64,000 nt of DNA, from contig JAZNVL010000031.1 in the NCBI GenBank assembly GCA_045592785.1, positions 1,147 to 65,146 of the forward strand. Reading direction: 5' to 3'. The notes under the pieces were generated by a model. It was given only the letters and a program-made list of their open reading frames with translations. It searched no databases and was not told where the DNA came from. Shown here in pieces: positions 9,490 to 18,800 of this stretch. The position numbers and the translations under genes were made by a program. The stretch comes from Victivallales bacterium (GTDB lineage Bacteria; Verrucomicrobiota; Lentisphaeria; Victivallales; UBA1829). How positions within the stretch are numbered: position 1 is the stretch's first letter; each line of letters begins with the position of its first letter.

Positions 9490-10446
9490 ATGACGAAAGG
9501 CAAGAAAGTGAATCAGAACGCAGGGGAAAACACCCGGACAGCCAACCGGGACAACTTGAGCGAACGCCGCGGCAACTCTGTCGGGGTCCGCGCCATGTTG
9601 ATTATGCTCCGGATCCTGGGCGTAAACCGCACCTGCGAATATGTCTGGTTTGTTGCCCTGTTTTATGCGTTGTTTGACAAAACGGCACGTCGTCAGGCAT
9701 CCTATTACATCCGGCACAGATTTCCCAATGACGGCCCATTGCGGCATTTTTATCACATCTGGGCGTTGTTCACCAGTCAGGGACAGGCTCTGGTGGAAGC
9801 TGCGGCAGTCTCTCTGGGCAAGGTGACGATCCGGGAAACCGGACGGAAAGAAGCCGAGGAATTATTGGCACGTCCCGAAGGATTGATCATGCTGTGTTCC
9901 CATTTCGGTCAATGGCAGGGGATGATGCGCGTTATCAATCTCAAAGGTCGTCCGGTACATGTCCTGGTGCGTCCGGACCGGAATGTCAATGTGGATAAAT
10001 TTATGGCGGTAAAAGGGATCGAGGATAAGATCAACGTGATATCCACGGAAAGCGGGATGGGCGGACTTCTGGATGTTTACGATGCCCTGATGAAGGGTGA
10101 TACGGTCTGTATGATGGGGGACCGGAGTCGTGAAAATGAATCACTTGCCATTGATTTTCTTGGGGAGGAAGCGCATTTTCCGGTGGCGGCATTCATGATG
10201 AGTGCGCGTACGGGTGCGCCTGTGATCCCGGTATTCTCCCATCGGGAAAAACGGCATAAACAGATGCATGTGAGTTTTCTGGAAGCGATCTATGCGCCGC
10301 AGGGCGCGGGTCGTGGAAGAGAGCGTTTGCGTGGGAGTCTGGAGCGTTATGTGCGTGAATTGGAGCGCATGACATCGGAGCATCCGTTTGAGTATTATTT
10401 GTATGAAAATATCTGGCATAAGGAGCAGGCAGATGGCGAAGAATGA
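9490..10446 (+). CDS. Lysophospholipid / lipid A (LpxL-HtrB-type) acyltransferase family protein
   Basis: 318 aa. CSHFGQWQ resembles the H-x4-(D/E) block of LABLAT acyltransferases. Downstream motif MMGDRS. Confidence 0.55.
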   Translation: MTKGKKVNQNAGENTRTANRDNLSERRGNSVGVRAMLIMLRILGVNRTCEYVWFVALFYALFDKTARRQASYYIRHRFPNDGPLRHFYHIWALFTSQGQALVEAAAVSLGKVTIRETGRKEAEELLARPEGLIMLCSHFGQWQGMMRVINLKGRPVHVLVRPDRNVNVDKFMAVKGIEDKINVISTESGMGGLLDVYDALMKGDTVCMMGDRSRENESLAIDFLGEEAHFPVAAFMMSARTGAPVIPVFSHREKRHKQMHVSFLEAIYAPQGAGRGRERLRGSLERYVRELERMTSEHPFEYYLYENIWHKEQADGEE

Positions 10447-10708
10447 AAAAGAATTACCGTTTGAAGAGGCGATGACCGCATTGGAGGAAGCGGTATCTAA
10501 AATGGAAGAGGGGAATGTTCCGCTGGAAGAAATGATCCGTCAGTATGAAGAAGCACGCAAACTGGCATTGTATTGTCAGAAGAAGCTGGCGGGGATGAAG
10601 GAAAAGATCGAGATCCTGACGAAAGATACGGCGGAGGGCGGCGAATGGCGTGATATGACGCCCGAAGAATCCCAGCCGAAAGCGGATGATTTCTTCCGCG
10701 GAGAGTGA
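10433..10708 (+). CDS. xseB: Exodeoxyribonuclease VII small subunit
   Basis: MAKNEKELPFEEAMTALEEAVSKMEEGNVPLEEMIRQYEEARKLALYCQKKL matches the XseB pattern. AGGAG lies at 10421. The ATG at 10433 overlaps the upstream stop codon. Confidence 0.8.
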   Translation: MAKNEKELPFEEAMTALEEAVSKMEEGNVPLEEMIRQYEEARKLALYCQKKLAGMKEKIEILTKDTAEGGEWRDMTPEESQPKADDFFRGE

Positions 10709-11295
10709 TCGCAATGAAGTATCTCCGGCGGCTGTACGCGCTTTTTGCTGTCTTCTTCAAGATCTCCGCCATCACGATCGGCGGGGGCATGGTGATGATC
10801 CCGGTCATGGAAAAAGAGTTTCTTGAAAAACGGAAGTGGCTGACCCGGGATGACATGCTGGATACGGTTGCCCTGGTGCAATCGATGCCCGGTGTGATCG
10901 CGGTGAACATGGCGTTGATGATCGGGTATCGGGTGGCGAAACTGCCGGGTGCGATGGTTGCCGCCTTTGCCGTCGTTATTCCGCCATTTTTGACGATTCT
11001 TGTTATTGCATTCTTCTTCAAGACGTTAAGCGGAAACGAAAAGGTGTCGGAAATCTTTTGCGGCGTCCGTGCCGCCACCAGTGCGCTGATCCTGATCTCC
11101 GTCATCAAGATGGGAAAGAAAGTGTTGAAGAACCCGTTTGCGATCACGGTTGCTGTGGTTTCCTTTGTGATACTTGCCTTTTTCCCGCAGGTGAATGTGG
11201 TGCATGTGATCATTGCTGCGGGGCTTGCCGGCGTACTGTTTCCTGAATCCGTCACCTTGTCGTCAAAATTGCCGAAAGAGGAGGCAAAGCAATGA
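10705..11295 (+). CDS. chrA: Chromate transporter family protein (short-chain CHR, first half of a pair)
   Basis: FFKISAITIGGGMVMIPVMEKEF...WLT is the CHR-family signature. GTG 10705 overlaps the xseB stop; an alternative ATG lies at 10714. Confidence 0.7.
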   Translation: MIAMKYLRRLYALFAVFFKISAITIGGGMVMIPVMEKEFLEKRKWLTRDDMLDTVALVQSMPGVIAVNMALMIGYRVAKLPGAMVAAFAVVIPPFLTILVIAFFFKTLSGNEKVSEIFCGVRAATSALILISVIKMGKKVLKNPFAITVAVVSFVILAFFPQVNVVHVIIAAGLAGVLFPESVTLSSKLPKEEAKQ

Positions 11296-11864
11296 CAGTG
11301 TGGCAGTTGTACCTTCTTTTTGCAAAGATCGGACTCTTTACGTTCGGCGGCGGTTATGCCATGATTCCGTTGTTCCAGGATGAACTGGTGATCCGTCACG
11401 GGTTCATTTCGGCGGAGGAATTTGCCAACATGGTGGCATTGGCACAAGTGACGCCGGGCCCCGTCGGATTGAATGCGGCGACTTATGTGGGGTATTCCCA
11501 GCTGGGAGTTGCCGGCGCGGTTGCCGGCACGCTTGGGCTGATGACGCCGTCATTGATCCTTGTGACGGCTGCTGCGGCATTCTTTCTGTATTTCCGTGAC
11601 AACGTCATATTGCGGCGAATGCTTTCGGGGATCCGGCCGGCGACATTGGGTTTGATCGCGGCGGCAGTGATCTTTTTTGCGGAGTCGTCCATGTTGACGG
11701 CAACGTTGCAGAACGTATTCACCGGAGCGGCAAAGTTCGGGATCCATTGGCAGAGCTGCGTGATTTTTGCGGCAGTCGTATTTGTGCAATGGAAATGGAA
11801 GTTGGGATTGGTGCGGACCCTGATCGGATCCGCACTGTTGGCAGCGATCTTGTCTTACCTGTGA
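11292..11864 (+). CDS. chrA: Chromate transporter family protein (short-chain CHR, second half of a pair)
   Basis: LFAKIGLFTFGGGYAMIPLFQDELV signature. 4-nt overlap with the preceding half. Confidence 0.7.
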   Translation: MTVWQLYLLFAKIGLFTFGGGYAMIPLFQDELVIRHGFISAEEFANMVALAQVTPGPVGLNAATYVGYSQLGVAGAVAGTLGLMTPSLILVTAAAAFFLYFRDNVILRRMLSGIRPATLGLIAAAVIFFAESSMLTATLQNVFTGAAKFGIHWQSCVIFAAVVFVQWKWKLGLVRTLIGSALLAAILSYL

Positions 11865-12848
11865 TCAATCGGGCAGAGCCACGTCCACCAGTTCATCCAT
11901 GATATCTTCCAGCGTGATGAGGCCGGAAAGTTTATTGGTCTCACTGTTCTGAACGAATAACATGTGTCTTTTGTTCCAGCGCATCATTTTGAGAGCCTGG
12001 AGGAGGGTCATATCTTCGTTGACGTAAACCGCTTCTCTTGTCATGGAGGTATAATCTCTTGCCTGATCCCCGTGCCGGAGTTCGAACTTCTTGTAGTTGA
12101 TGGTCCCGATGATGGTATCGAGGTCATTGGACGTGCAAACGGGATAGCGGGTTTTTTCGAGGACCCCGCCGAACCGTTCTTCATTTTCCTCCAGGGAAGT
12201 TCCGTTGATGATGAACTGGATATCTTCGCGTGGGATCATGACTTTCTGCACGGTGGCATGTTTGAGTTTAATGGCATTGACGATGATGGTTTCCTGTTCC
12301 ATATCGATGCTTTTTCTGGAACGTGCGGAAGAAGCGAACGCGATGATATCGGCAGCGGAAACGCTGTTGTCATTTGCGGCACTTCCGCCGGACCGTTTGA
12401 AGGGTTTCGCCGCCCATTCCGTCAGGATGATGACAGGCGCGAAGAATTTGGTAAAGAAGAGGAGGGGGAGTACGAGTTTACCGAGGAGGTATTTCCCGTA
12501 TTCCACGCCGATGACTTTGGGCATGATCTCAGTACCGAAGAGGATTGCCAGCGTCATACCGAGAGAGAATATCCAGAGATATGAGGTACCGAACATATCG
12601 ATGAACGCGGAACTGGCGACCACGGAACCGCCGGTATTTGCCAACGTATTGAGGATGAGGATGGCTGCGATGGGTTTACTGATATTGGAACGCAGGCGTA
12701 CCCAGACATCCTGGAGTCTTTTTTCTCTGGATGTGGGATTGACTTTTGCCAGAGCGTTGATATTTGTACTTAAAATAACGGATTCTGCCATGGAACAGCA
12801 GAACGATGTGATTAAAACGACAAGAACACTACCGATAAAAAATAACAT
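11865..12848 (-). CDS. CNNM/CorB-type (DUF21 + CBS pair) membrane protein, hemolysin-family / putative Mg-Co efflux
   Basis: 327 aa. N-terminal DUF21-like TM region (SMAESVILS). C-terminal CBS-like segments (VMIPREDI..., GLITLEDIMDELV). Confidence 0.7.
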   Translation of the reverse strand: MLFFIGSVLVVLITSFCCSMAESVILSTNINALAKVNPTSREKRLQDVWVRLRSNISKPIAAILILNTLANTGGSVVASSAFIDMFGTSYLWIFSLGMTLAILFGTEIMPKVIGVEYGKYLLGKLVLPLLFFTKFFAPVIILTEWAAKPFKRSGGSAANDNSVSAADIIAFASSARSRKSIDMEQETIIVNAIKLKHATVQKVMIPREDIQFIINGTSLEENEERFGGVLEKTRYPVCTSNDLDTIIGTINYKKFELRHGDQARDYTSMTREAVYVNEDMTLLQALKMMRWNKRHMLFVQNSETNKLSGLITLEDIMDELVDVALPD

Positions 12849-13249
12849 ACGTTACGATTAAAAACCTTCTGTTGCACGACTCCTGTGACCGGGATTTATC
12901 CTTTTGTTGCCGGAAGGAACATCATGCGTGAATAATAGAGCGGGATCCGGATGGCGTAAAGGGGCATCAGCAGCGTAACTGCGGAAAAAGCAGAAGACTG
13001 CGGAAGCGGTTTCTTCCGTCCTCGCCGGGTGGAAATGAGACGACGCCGCATGGGATCAAACGAGCCATGACGGGACATCCCGACTCCGGGGAAATATTCA
13101 TGCGGTGCATGAAGGCTGTGATAATTTCCTTATTAAGGAACTCTTTGAAAGTCAGTTTGTTAAATGAGTTCGTACCCCATCGGGGTCGACCTCGGTGTTT
13201 TTTCTTTTTCATTTCAGTAACTTGTGTCTGTTTTTTTGCAAATCACTGT

Positions 13250-13277
13250 AATGTAGCATGTTTTTTTCAAAATGCAA
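13250..13277 (-). promoter_or_regulatory. Sigma70-type promoter candidate heading the long leader upstream of the CNNM gene
   Basis: On the minus strand: TTGCAT (13277-13272), 16-nt spacer, TACATT (13255-13250). Confidence 0.3.
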
Positions 13278-13307
13278 ATAAAAAAAGACAAAAAAATTAT
13301 TTTCCCG

Positions 13308-13964
13308 TCAGGAAGACAGGGCTTTTCCGATATGTTCCAGAAGATGTTCCAGAAAGTATTCGTATTGCAATTTTCCGTAATCCAGATTGAGCAACCGGAC
13401 CCAGTCCCGTTCCCGGGAAATGGTGATGGCTTCCGCGCGCCGGATGAGCTCATAAAATAGTTCCGGCTCCCGTGGCTGGATGGAACGCGCCCCTTTGAAA
13501 ACGTCCAGGTCGATATCCAGCACAAACGGTTCCGTGAGGGGAGCTTCTTCCAGATTTTTCTTCAGAAATTCGGTTTCCAGTATTTGCGCATAATATTGTT
13601 CTTCGGTTCCGGGTTCGGGCGGCGTGTGAACGATCCTGACGGCGGGATTGACGTCGATGGAGAAATTGACGTGCGAAAAAATGGCGGCGGAACGTATGAT
13701 GTCATTTCTGACTGCGAAATCGAAATGTTCGTCATGCCGCAGAAGTCGGATCGCCTCCTCCAGATCTTCACAAAGCGGGGAACGCGGGGAATCGCTGTGT
13801 ACGCTGTTGTAATGGGTGAATGCGCCGAGGGTGTCGGTATGATGATCCAGCGTAAGGACATGGAACGGTGTATTGAGCCGATCCCGTTCCTGTTTCCACG
13901 GAATCAGCACATGGTGATGATCTTCCACCTCATAAACGCGTTTCCCGCCGATGAGGGTCAACAT
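13308..13964 (-). CDS. Conserved hypothetical protein, UPF0489-like (HH...L...DHHTD motif pattern)
   Basis: 218 aa. VYEVEDHHHVLIPW...HVLTLDHHTD resembles the UPF0489 N-terminal pattern. Lies 4 nt downstream of thrC on the same strand. Confidence 0.4.
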   Translation of the reverse strand: MLTLIGGKRVYEVEDHHHVLIPWKQERDRLNTPFHVLTLDHHTDTLGAFTHYNSVHSDSPRSPLCEDLEEAIRLLRHDEHFDFAVRNDIIRSAAIFSHVNFSIDVNPAVRIVHTPPEPGTEEQYYAQILETEFLKKNLEEAPLTEPFVLDIDLDVFKGARSIQPREPELFYELIRRAEAITISRERDWVRLLNLDYGKLQYEYFLEHLLEHIGKALSS

Positions 13965-13968
13965 ACGG

Positions 13969-15453
13969 TTACGCCAGGAAATCCTGAATGAACTTTGTCA
14001 TGCCGGTCTTTTCGGTGACTGCGGGGTGCAGGACTTCTTTTCCGCGGAGCGAAGCAATGGGCGCGGGAATGGGTAGTCCGGTCACGGCGAAAAGTTTTTC
14101 GGTCATGGCGAATTCATCATCGGGGAGCGTATCATTGGTGACTGCGGGGAGGACCGCAGGCGCGAATTTGTACGGGGACGCGGTGGATGCGATGATACAG
14201 GGCGTGTTATCGCCGGATTCCTGCACATACTGCCGGTAGACATTGACGGCGACAGCGGTATGGGTGTCGCAGAGATACTGCTGCTTTTCAAAGAGATCGC
14301 GAATGGTTTCTGTGACGGTCTCATCATCGCAGAATCCGGCGTAGAAATCCTTCTGGAGTCGGGTGAGAACATCCTGCCGGACGGTATATTTTCCATCGGT
14401 GCGGAGCTGATTCATCAGCTGGCGGATCGCGCCGGTGTCGCCATCGTAAAGATGATACAGCAGCCGTTCCAGATTGGAAGAGATGAGGATATCCATGGAC
14501 GGACTGGTGGTGGGATAGAACGTACGGTTGCGATCATACACGCCGGTGCGGATGAAATCGGTCAGCACGTTATTGCGGTTGGAAGCGCAGATGAATTTTT
14601 TGACGGGCATCCCCATTTGAGCGGCATAATATGCTGCGAGGATATTGCCGAAGTTACCGGTGGGGACACAGACATTGACAGGTTCGCCGCTCTTGACTTT
14701 TCCGTCGCGGAGCATATCGCAGTAAGCGGAGATGTAATAAACGATCTGGGGGACGAGTCTGCCGAAATTGATGGAGTTTGCGGAAGAGAAATCCATTTTC
14801 TTTTCTGCGAGGAAGGCGTGCATATCGGGATCGGCGAAGATGGCTTTGACCCCGGACTGTGCATCGTCAAAATTTCCTTTGATGGCACACACTGCCACGT
14901 TGTCACCGGTCTGGGTCTGCATTTGAAGTTTCTGCATGGCACTGACACCATCGACGGGGTAGAAGACGATGATGCGTGTGCCTGGGACATCCGCGAAGCC
15001 GTCGAGTGCGGCTTTTCCGGTATCGCCGGAGGTGGCAACGAGGATGACTTTTGTTCTGCCGGGATCGGTTTTCTCTGCGGAAACGGTAAGGAGATAAGGC
15101 AGGAGCTGGAGTGCCAGGTCTTTGAATGCACATGTGGGACCATGCCAGAGTTCCAGCAGATTCATGCCGGGCGTTACTTCTTTCAAGGGCGCGGGCTGTT
15201 CATTTTCGAAGGTTCCGGTATAGGCGCCATCCACACAGTGACGGATCTCATCGGGCGTGAAATCGGTGAGATAAAGCGAAAGGACTTCGGCGGCGCGCGC
15301 CCGGTAATCCATGGGGATCAGCCGCTGGAAGAAGGATTCGGAAACGGGGGGGAATTCCCGGGGGACGAAAAGGCCGCCGTCATCTGCGATGCCGCGGGCG
15401 ATGGTTTGTGCGGAAACGAGTTCCGTTCCGCCGCGAGTGCTGGTGTAGAACAT
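13969..15453 (-). CDS. thrC: Threonine synthase (long form)
   Basis: MFYTSTRGG...GGLFVP N-terminus and the PLP-lysine block GPTCAFKDLALQ. 494 aa. Confidence 0.9.
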   Translation of the reverse strand: MFYTSTRGGTELVSAQTIARGIADDGGLFVPREFPPVSESFFQRLIPMDYRARAAEVLSLYLTDFTPDEIRHCVDGAYTGTFENEQPAPLKEVTPGMNLLELWHGPTCAFKDLALQLLPYLLTVSAEKTDPGRTKVILVATSGDTGKAALDGFADVPGTRIIVFYPVDGVSAMQKLQMQTQTGDNVAVCAIKGNFDDAQSGVKAIFADPDMHAFLAEKKMDFSSANSINFGRLVPQIVYYISAYCDMLRDGKVKSGEPVNVCVPTGNFGNILAAYYAAQMGMPVKKFICASNRNNVLTDFIRTGVYDRNRTFYPTTSPSMDILISSNLERLLYHLYDGDTGAIRQLMNQLRTDGKYTVRQDVLTRLQKDFYAGFCDDETVTETIRDLFEKQQYLCDTHTAVAVNVYRQYVQESGDNTPCIIASTASPYKFAPAVLPAVTNDTLPDDEFAMTEKLFAVTGLPIPAPIASLRGKEVLHPAVTEKTGMTKFIQDFLA

Positions 15454-15499
15454 AATACAAGTCCGTGTTAATAAGGTTGATCATTTTACGCAACGCGGT

Positions 15500-15528
15500 A
15501 ATGTACACCCGAAACGGTTAATTTACAA
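15500..15528 (-). promoter_or_regulatory. Sigma70-type promoter candidate for thrC
   Basis: On the minus strand: TTGTAA (15528-15523), 17-nt spacer, TACATT (15505-15500), about 45 nt upstream of the thrC ATG. Confidence 0.4.
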
Positions 15529-15713
15529 ATAAAAAACGTGTGATAAGGGAAAAAAAGGGTCGTGTTTCAGGTATTGAACCGGAAAAGGGAAAAAAATTCA
15601 TAAAAAAGTTAAAAAAAAGTGTAAGATTAGTCTGAAAAGAAGTGTATTACAAAAATGAGAGAGTAATTTTTGAAAAAAAGCTATGAAAAATGGCTGTTTT
15701 TGATTTTAATCAC

Positions 15714-15742
15714 TTGATTTTTGAATCATTACATTATATATT
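15714..15742 (+). promoter_or_regulatory. Sigma70-type promoter candidate for the giant-protein operon
   Basis: TTGATT (15714-15719), 17-nt spacer, TATATT (15737-15742), in an AT-rich divergent intergenic region. Confidence 0.35.
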
Positions 15743-15823
15743 AAGAACGTTGCAGTCTTTTTTTGAGAGAAAAAAACTGTGTTTTTGGATATGTGTTCAA
15801 ATAAATTTATGGAGAATATGCTT

Positions 15824-18800
15824 ATGGGAACGAAACACAAAAATTGTTTGTGTGCCGCAGCTGCGCTGTTGGCTTTCGCGATGACAATGCCGGTGACTGC
15901 CGGACCGCTCGACACCGCCAAGGAATTGTATGGTGCGGGTAAGTATGCCGAGTGCGCCAAGACTCTGGAAAAGGACGCCGTCCGTCCGGATGCGCCGCTT
16001 GAAATGCAGGTGCTTTTCATGCGTGCGAATATGCGTGCGGGCAATGCGATCTCTGCGACGACGGCAGCCGCTCAGATTTTGAAACAGATGAAGAAACCGA
16101 CATTGGATATTCTCTTTGATGCGGCGGAATCCGCCCGTCTTGCCGGAGAAGATACGGTGGCATTGAGCCGTTATCTTGCGTTCTGTAATCATCCGGATGC
16201 GGAAAAAGATAAACGCTTTATGACTGCGGCGGCGTATCTTACGGCGCGCGGTGCCTACCCCGAAGTGTTCCTGAAATATGCGAAAGCGATGGGTGCGGTC
16301 GCCATGCGTATGGATGTTCGCGGTTATTTTACAGATCTGATCAGAGCCCGTGATAATACCTCCATTGCCCGTTTCATCCCGGGGTATATGGCACTCTATA
16401 AAGACGACCAGGCAATGCTGGATTTCCTCGGCACAAACCTTTATCATAATGCAAACAATCTCGGTGCCGGTCAGTTGGGTGTGGTCAATGCGCTGTTGGA
16501 CAGCGGAATGCCGCTTCCTTATCTGGCGGGCGGTTACATTGTCCGTGCGTATGACGTCTGCAAGGTGAGCAATAGTGAACGGTACCGCATGGGTGGCCGT
16601 TATGTGGAAAAGACCGGGATGATCCCGGGGGATGAAGGGGTATATATCCTTCCTGCGATCCAGTACATTGCATCGATCGAAGATGATGTCCCGAAAACAG
16701 CGGCGGCGAAGACCTTCTTTGCCAATTATAAATATCTGTTGAAATCGAAGGATGCCGGAGCGATTTCCAAATTCATTCTCTACGTCGGCAATGCGGACAA
16801 AAAAGCATTTTCCTTTGTGAAGCCGGAAATCATGGCGAAATTGTATCGCCGTCTGCATGAGCTGCGCTATAAACCGTATACCGCTGCAAACATGGGACCG
16901 GAATACGATGCGATCATTTACAAACTTTTTGCCAATGATCAGGTCAAGCAGGTCCGTTTCCTGAAAGATATCCTGACGACACTGCCCGGTAACAGCAGTG
17001 ATGCCCGTTATCTGTTCCGTACTGACATTACCGGAAGTGCAGCCGGTGCAAAGGACAGCAACATCCGTATCTGGCTGGAATCGGTTGCAGGCAACAACAA
17101 GGAAAAAGAACGTGTTGCCGTTGTTTACAGTCTTGCTGAACTTCAAACGAACAAGTTTATGACGAAATTCTATCGCGGTGTCACGGATACAGTGGCACTT
17201 GGCGATTATGACGTCGGTACGCTGATGGCTTCGATCGCCGGCGTGAATGCGAAAGCGGCATCTTCCGTGAAAGCGGTGATGGATGGTGTCAAGATTTCCG
17301 GGAGCAACGAAAAGAACAAACAGTTGATCGCGGCGATGGCACGCATCAATACGATGAAAGAAGATCCCGGTTTTGCCGCTCTGGAAAAATTCAACGGCAA
17401 AGGCTCCAATCCGGTCTTCGCTGCGTCATCCGCCGTGCTCGCCATCGGTTACAACACGAAACGGTTGAAAGATATGGACAGCGCGGTGGAACGTTTCGTT
17501 TCCGCATACAAAGGGAAACTGCCTGCCTCCTTTGACCAGATCTCCAATCTGGAACAGCTGGCTGCCTGGAAAGTGTTCTACCTTTCTCTGCGTTATCATG
17601 GTTTGAGAGACGGCGCGTACATTCAGCGGAACCTGAAACGCTGGCTTCCCAAAATCGATGCTTACGGTGATCCTCTGTGTGCGGCTCTTGACGCCGCCGG
17701 ATGGCATGATGAACACTTGACCAGAAAATGGGTGGATGGTCTGTATGTCAATACAGTGAAAGCACTGGCTCCGTTGCTCGCAAAAGCCCCGAAGGATGTT
17801 CCTCATTTTCCTTATAGCGGATATCTGTGCAATCGTACGATGAACAAACCCAACAGCAATCAGAGTGTGCTCGTTCCGATCTATGCACGTTTCCCCCAGA
17901 TCTCTCTGGCATATCTGGGCGTCAACGTGCTGACCATGTCTCCGGACTACCTGATCAAACAGTACGAAGCGATCCTGAACAGCGGCAGTGAATATCTGAA
18001 AACGGATTATGTCTACGGTATGGCAGGTGTGCTCCGCGCGCGTGCTGCCAAAGACAAATACAACGTTCCGCTTTCCTTTGTGAAAAATCACCTTGCCAAA
18101 TACATGGAACTGTGCAAGAAAGAAAATACCTTGTCCGTCGCCGGCGAAATGGAAGTCATGTCCACCGCCAGTGCGGCTGACCGTCAGGCACTTCTTGAGT
18201 TCTACATCACGCAGGTGGCAAAGCGTACCAACAATGACCGTTTCCTGACTTATCAGACGCTTTTGACCGCCCGCGGTTCCTGGAACGCTGCGATCATTTG
18301 TACGGTTCTGGAAAAAGGCGTGAGAGCGCATTTGATCGACAACGGATTCATCAAGAACCCCACCGGCATGGTGATGAGCAACAATGCGCTTTTTGAAGCC
18401 GTGAATCAGGTGTTGGGCAACAAGGAAGCAACCCAGCCGCAGAAAGATTCTGTCAAGATCATTGCGCAGGAATTCCAGGATGCCCTTCTTGCCCGGGATA
18501 TCATTTCCAGATTTGAATCCTGGAGTTATCTTGCTCCGCGTCTGGAAGGATTCCTGGATCGCAAGAATGCGGATGCTCTTCTGACCGGCAGTGCCACGAT
18601 GGTGATTGCAGAAACGTTGAAAAGAGCGACCAATGCCTGGTATGCCACACAGTCGGTGGACCGCGTATACAAGACCATTACGGACCGTGCAGCACCGCAG
18701 ACGAAATATGTGTTCCTCACCAGCGTTTCCGGCGGGACTGCCGATTTCAACGTGGAAATGAAGAACAAATATCTTTCCGAGATCTCCAAGCTCTCCAAAG

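Noticed and set aside
12967-13212. 81-aa ORF (MKKKKHRGRPRWGTN...) in the long gap upstream of the CNNM gene
   Set aside because: It has no Shine-Dalgarno sequence although most genes here have one, no recognisable domain, and an odd composition. I keep it only as a possible leader ORF within the regulatory-leader finding.
12849-13307. Known riboswitch classes (M-box, fluoride crcB motif, yybP-ykoY) in the CNNM leader
   Set aside because: I saw only a weak resemblance: GCTGATGCCCC against the fluoride CUGAUG box. The other conserved blocks are not visible, so I cannot support a named riboswitch without a covariance-model scan.
15779-15823. Upstream GTG start for the giant gene. The same question arises for ATG 2166 of the first TPR gene, 40423 for arsR, 40498 for the LysM gene, 47739 for the cupin, 47450 for the phosphatase, 48671 for acpS, 50691 for ugd and 55870 for the binding protein.
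   Set aside because: - In each case an internal ATG is preceded by a good GGAG-type RBS at 6-9 nt.
- That ATG begins a typical N-terminus: a signal peptide, an active-site loop or a family N-terminal motif.
- The upstream extensions look like translated intergenic sequence.
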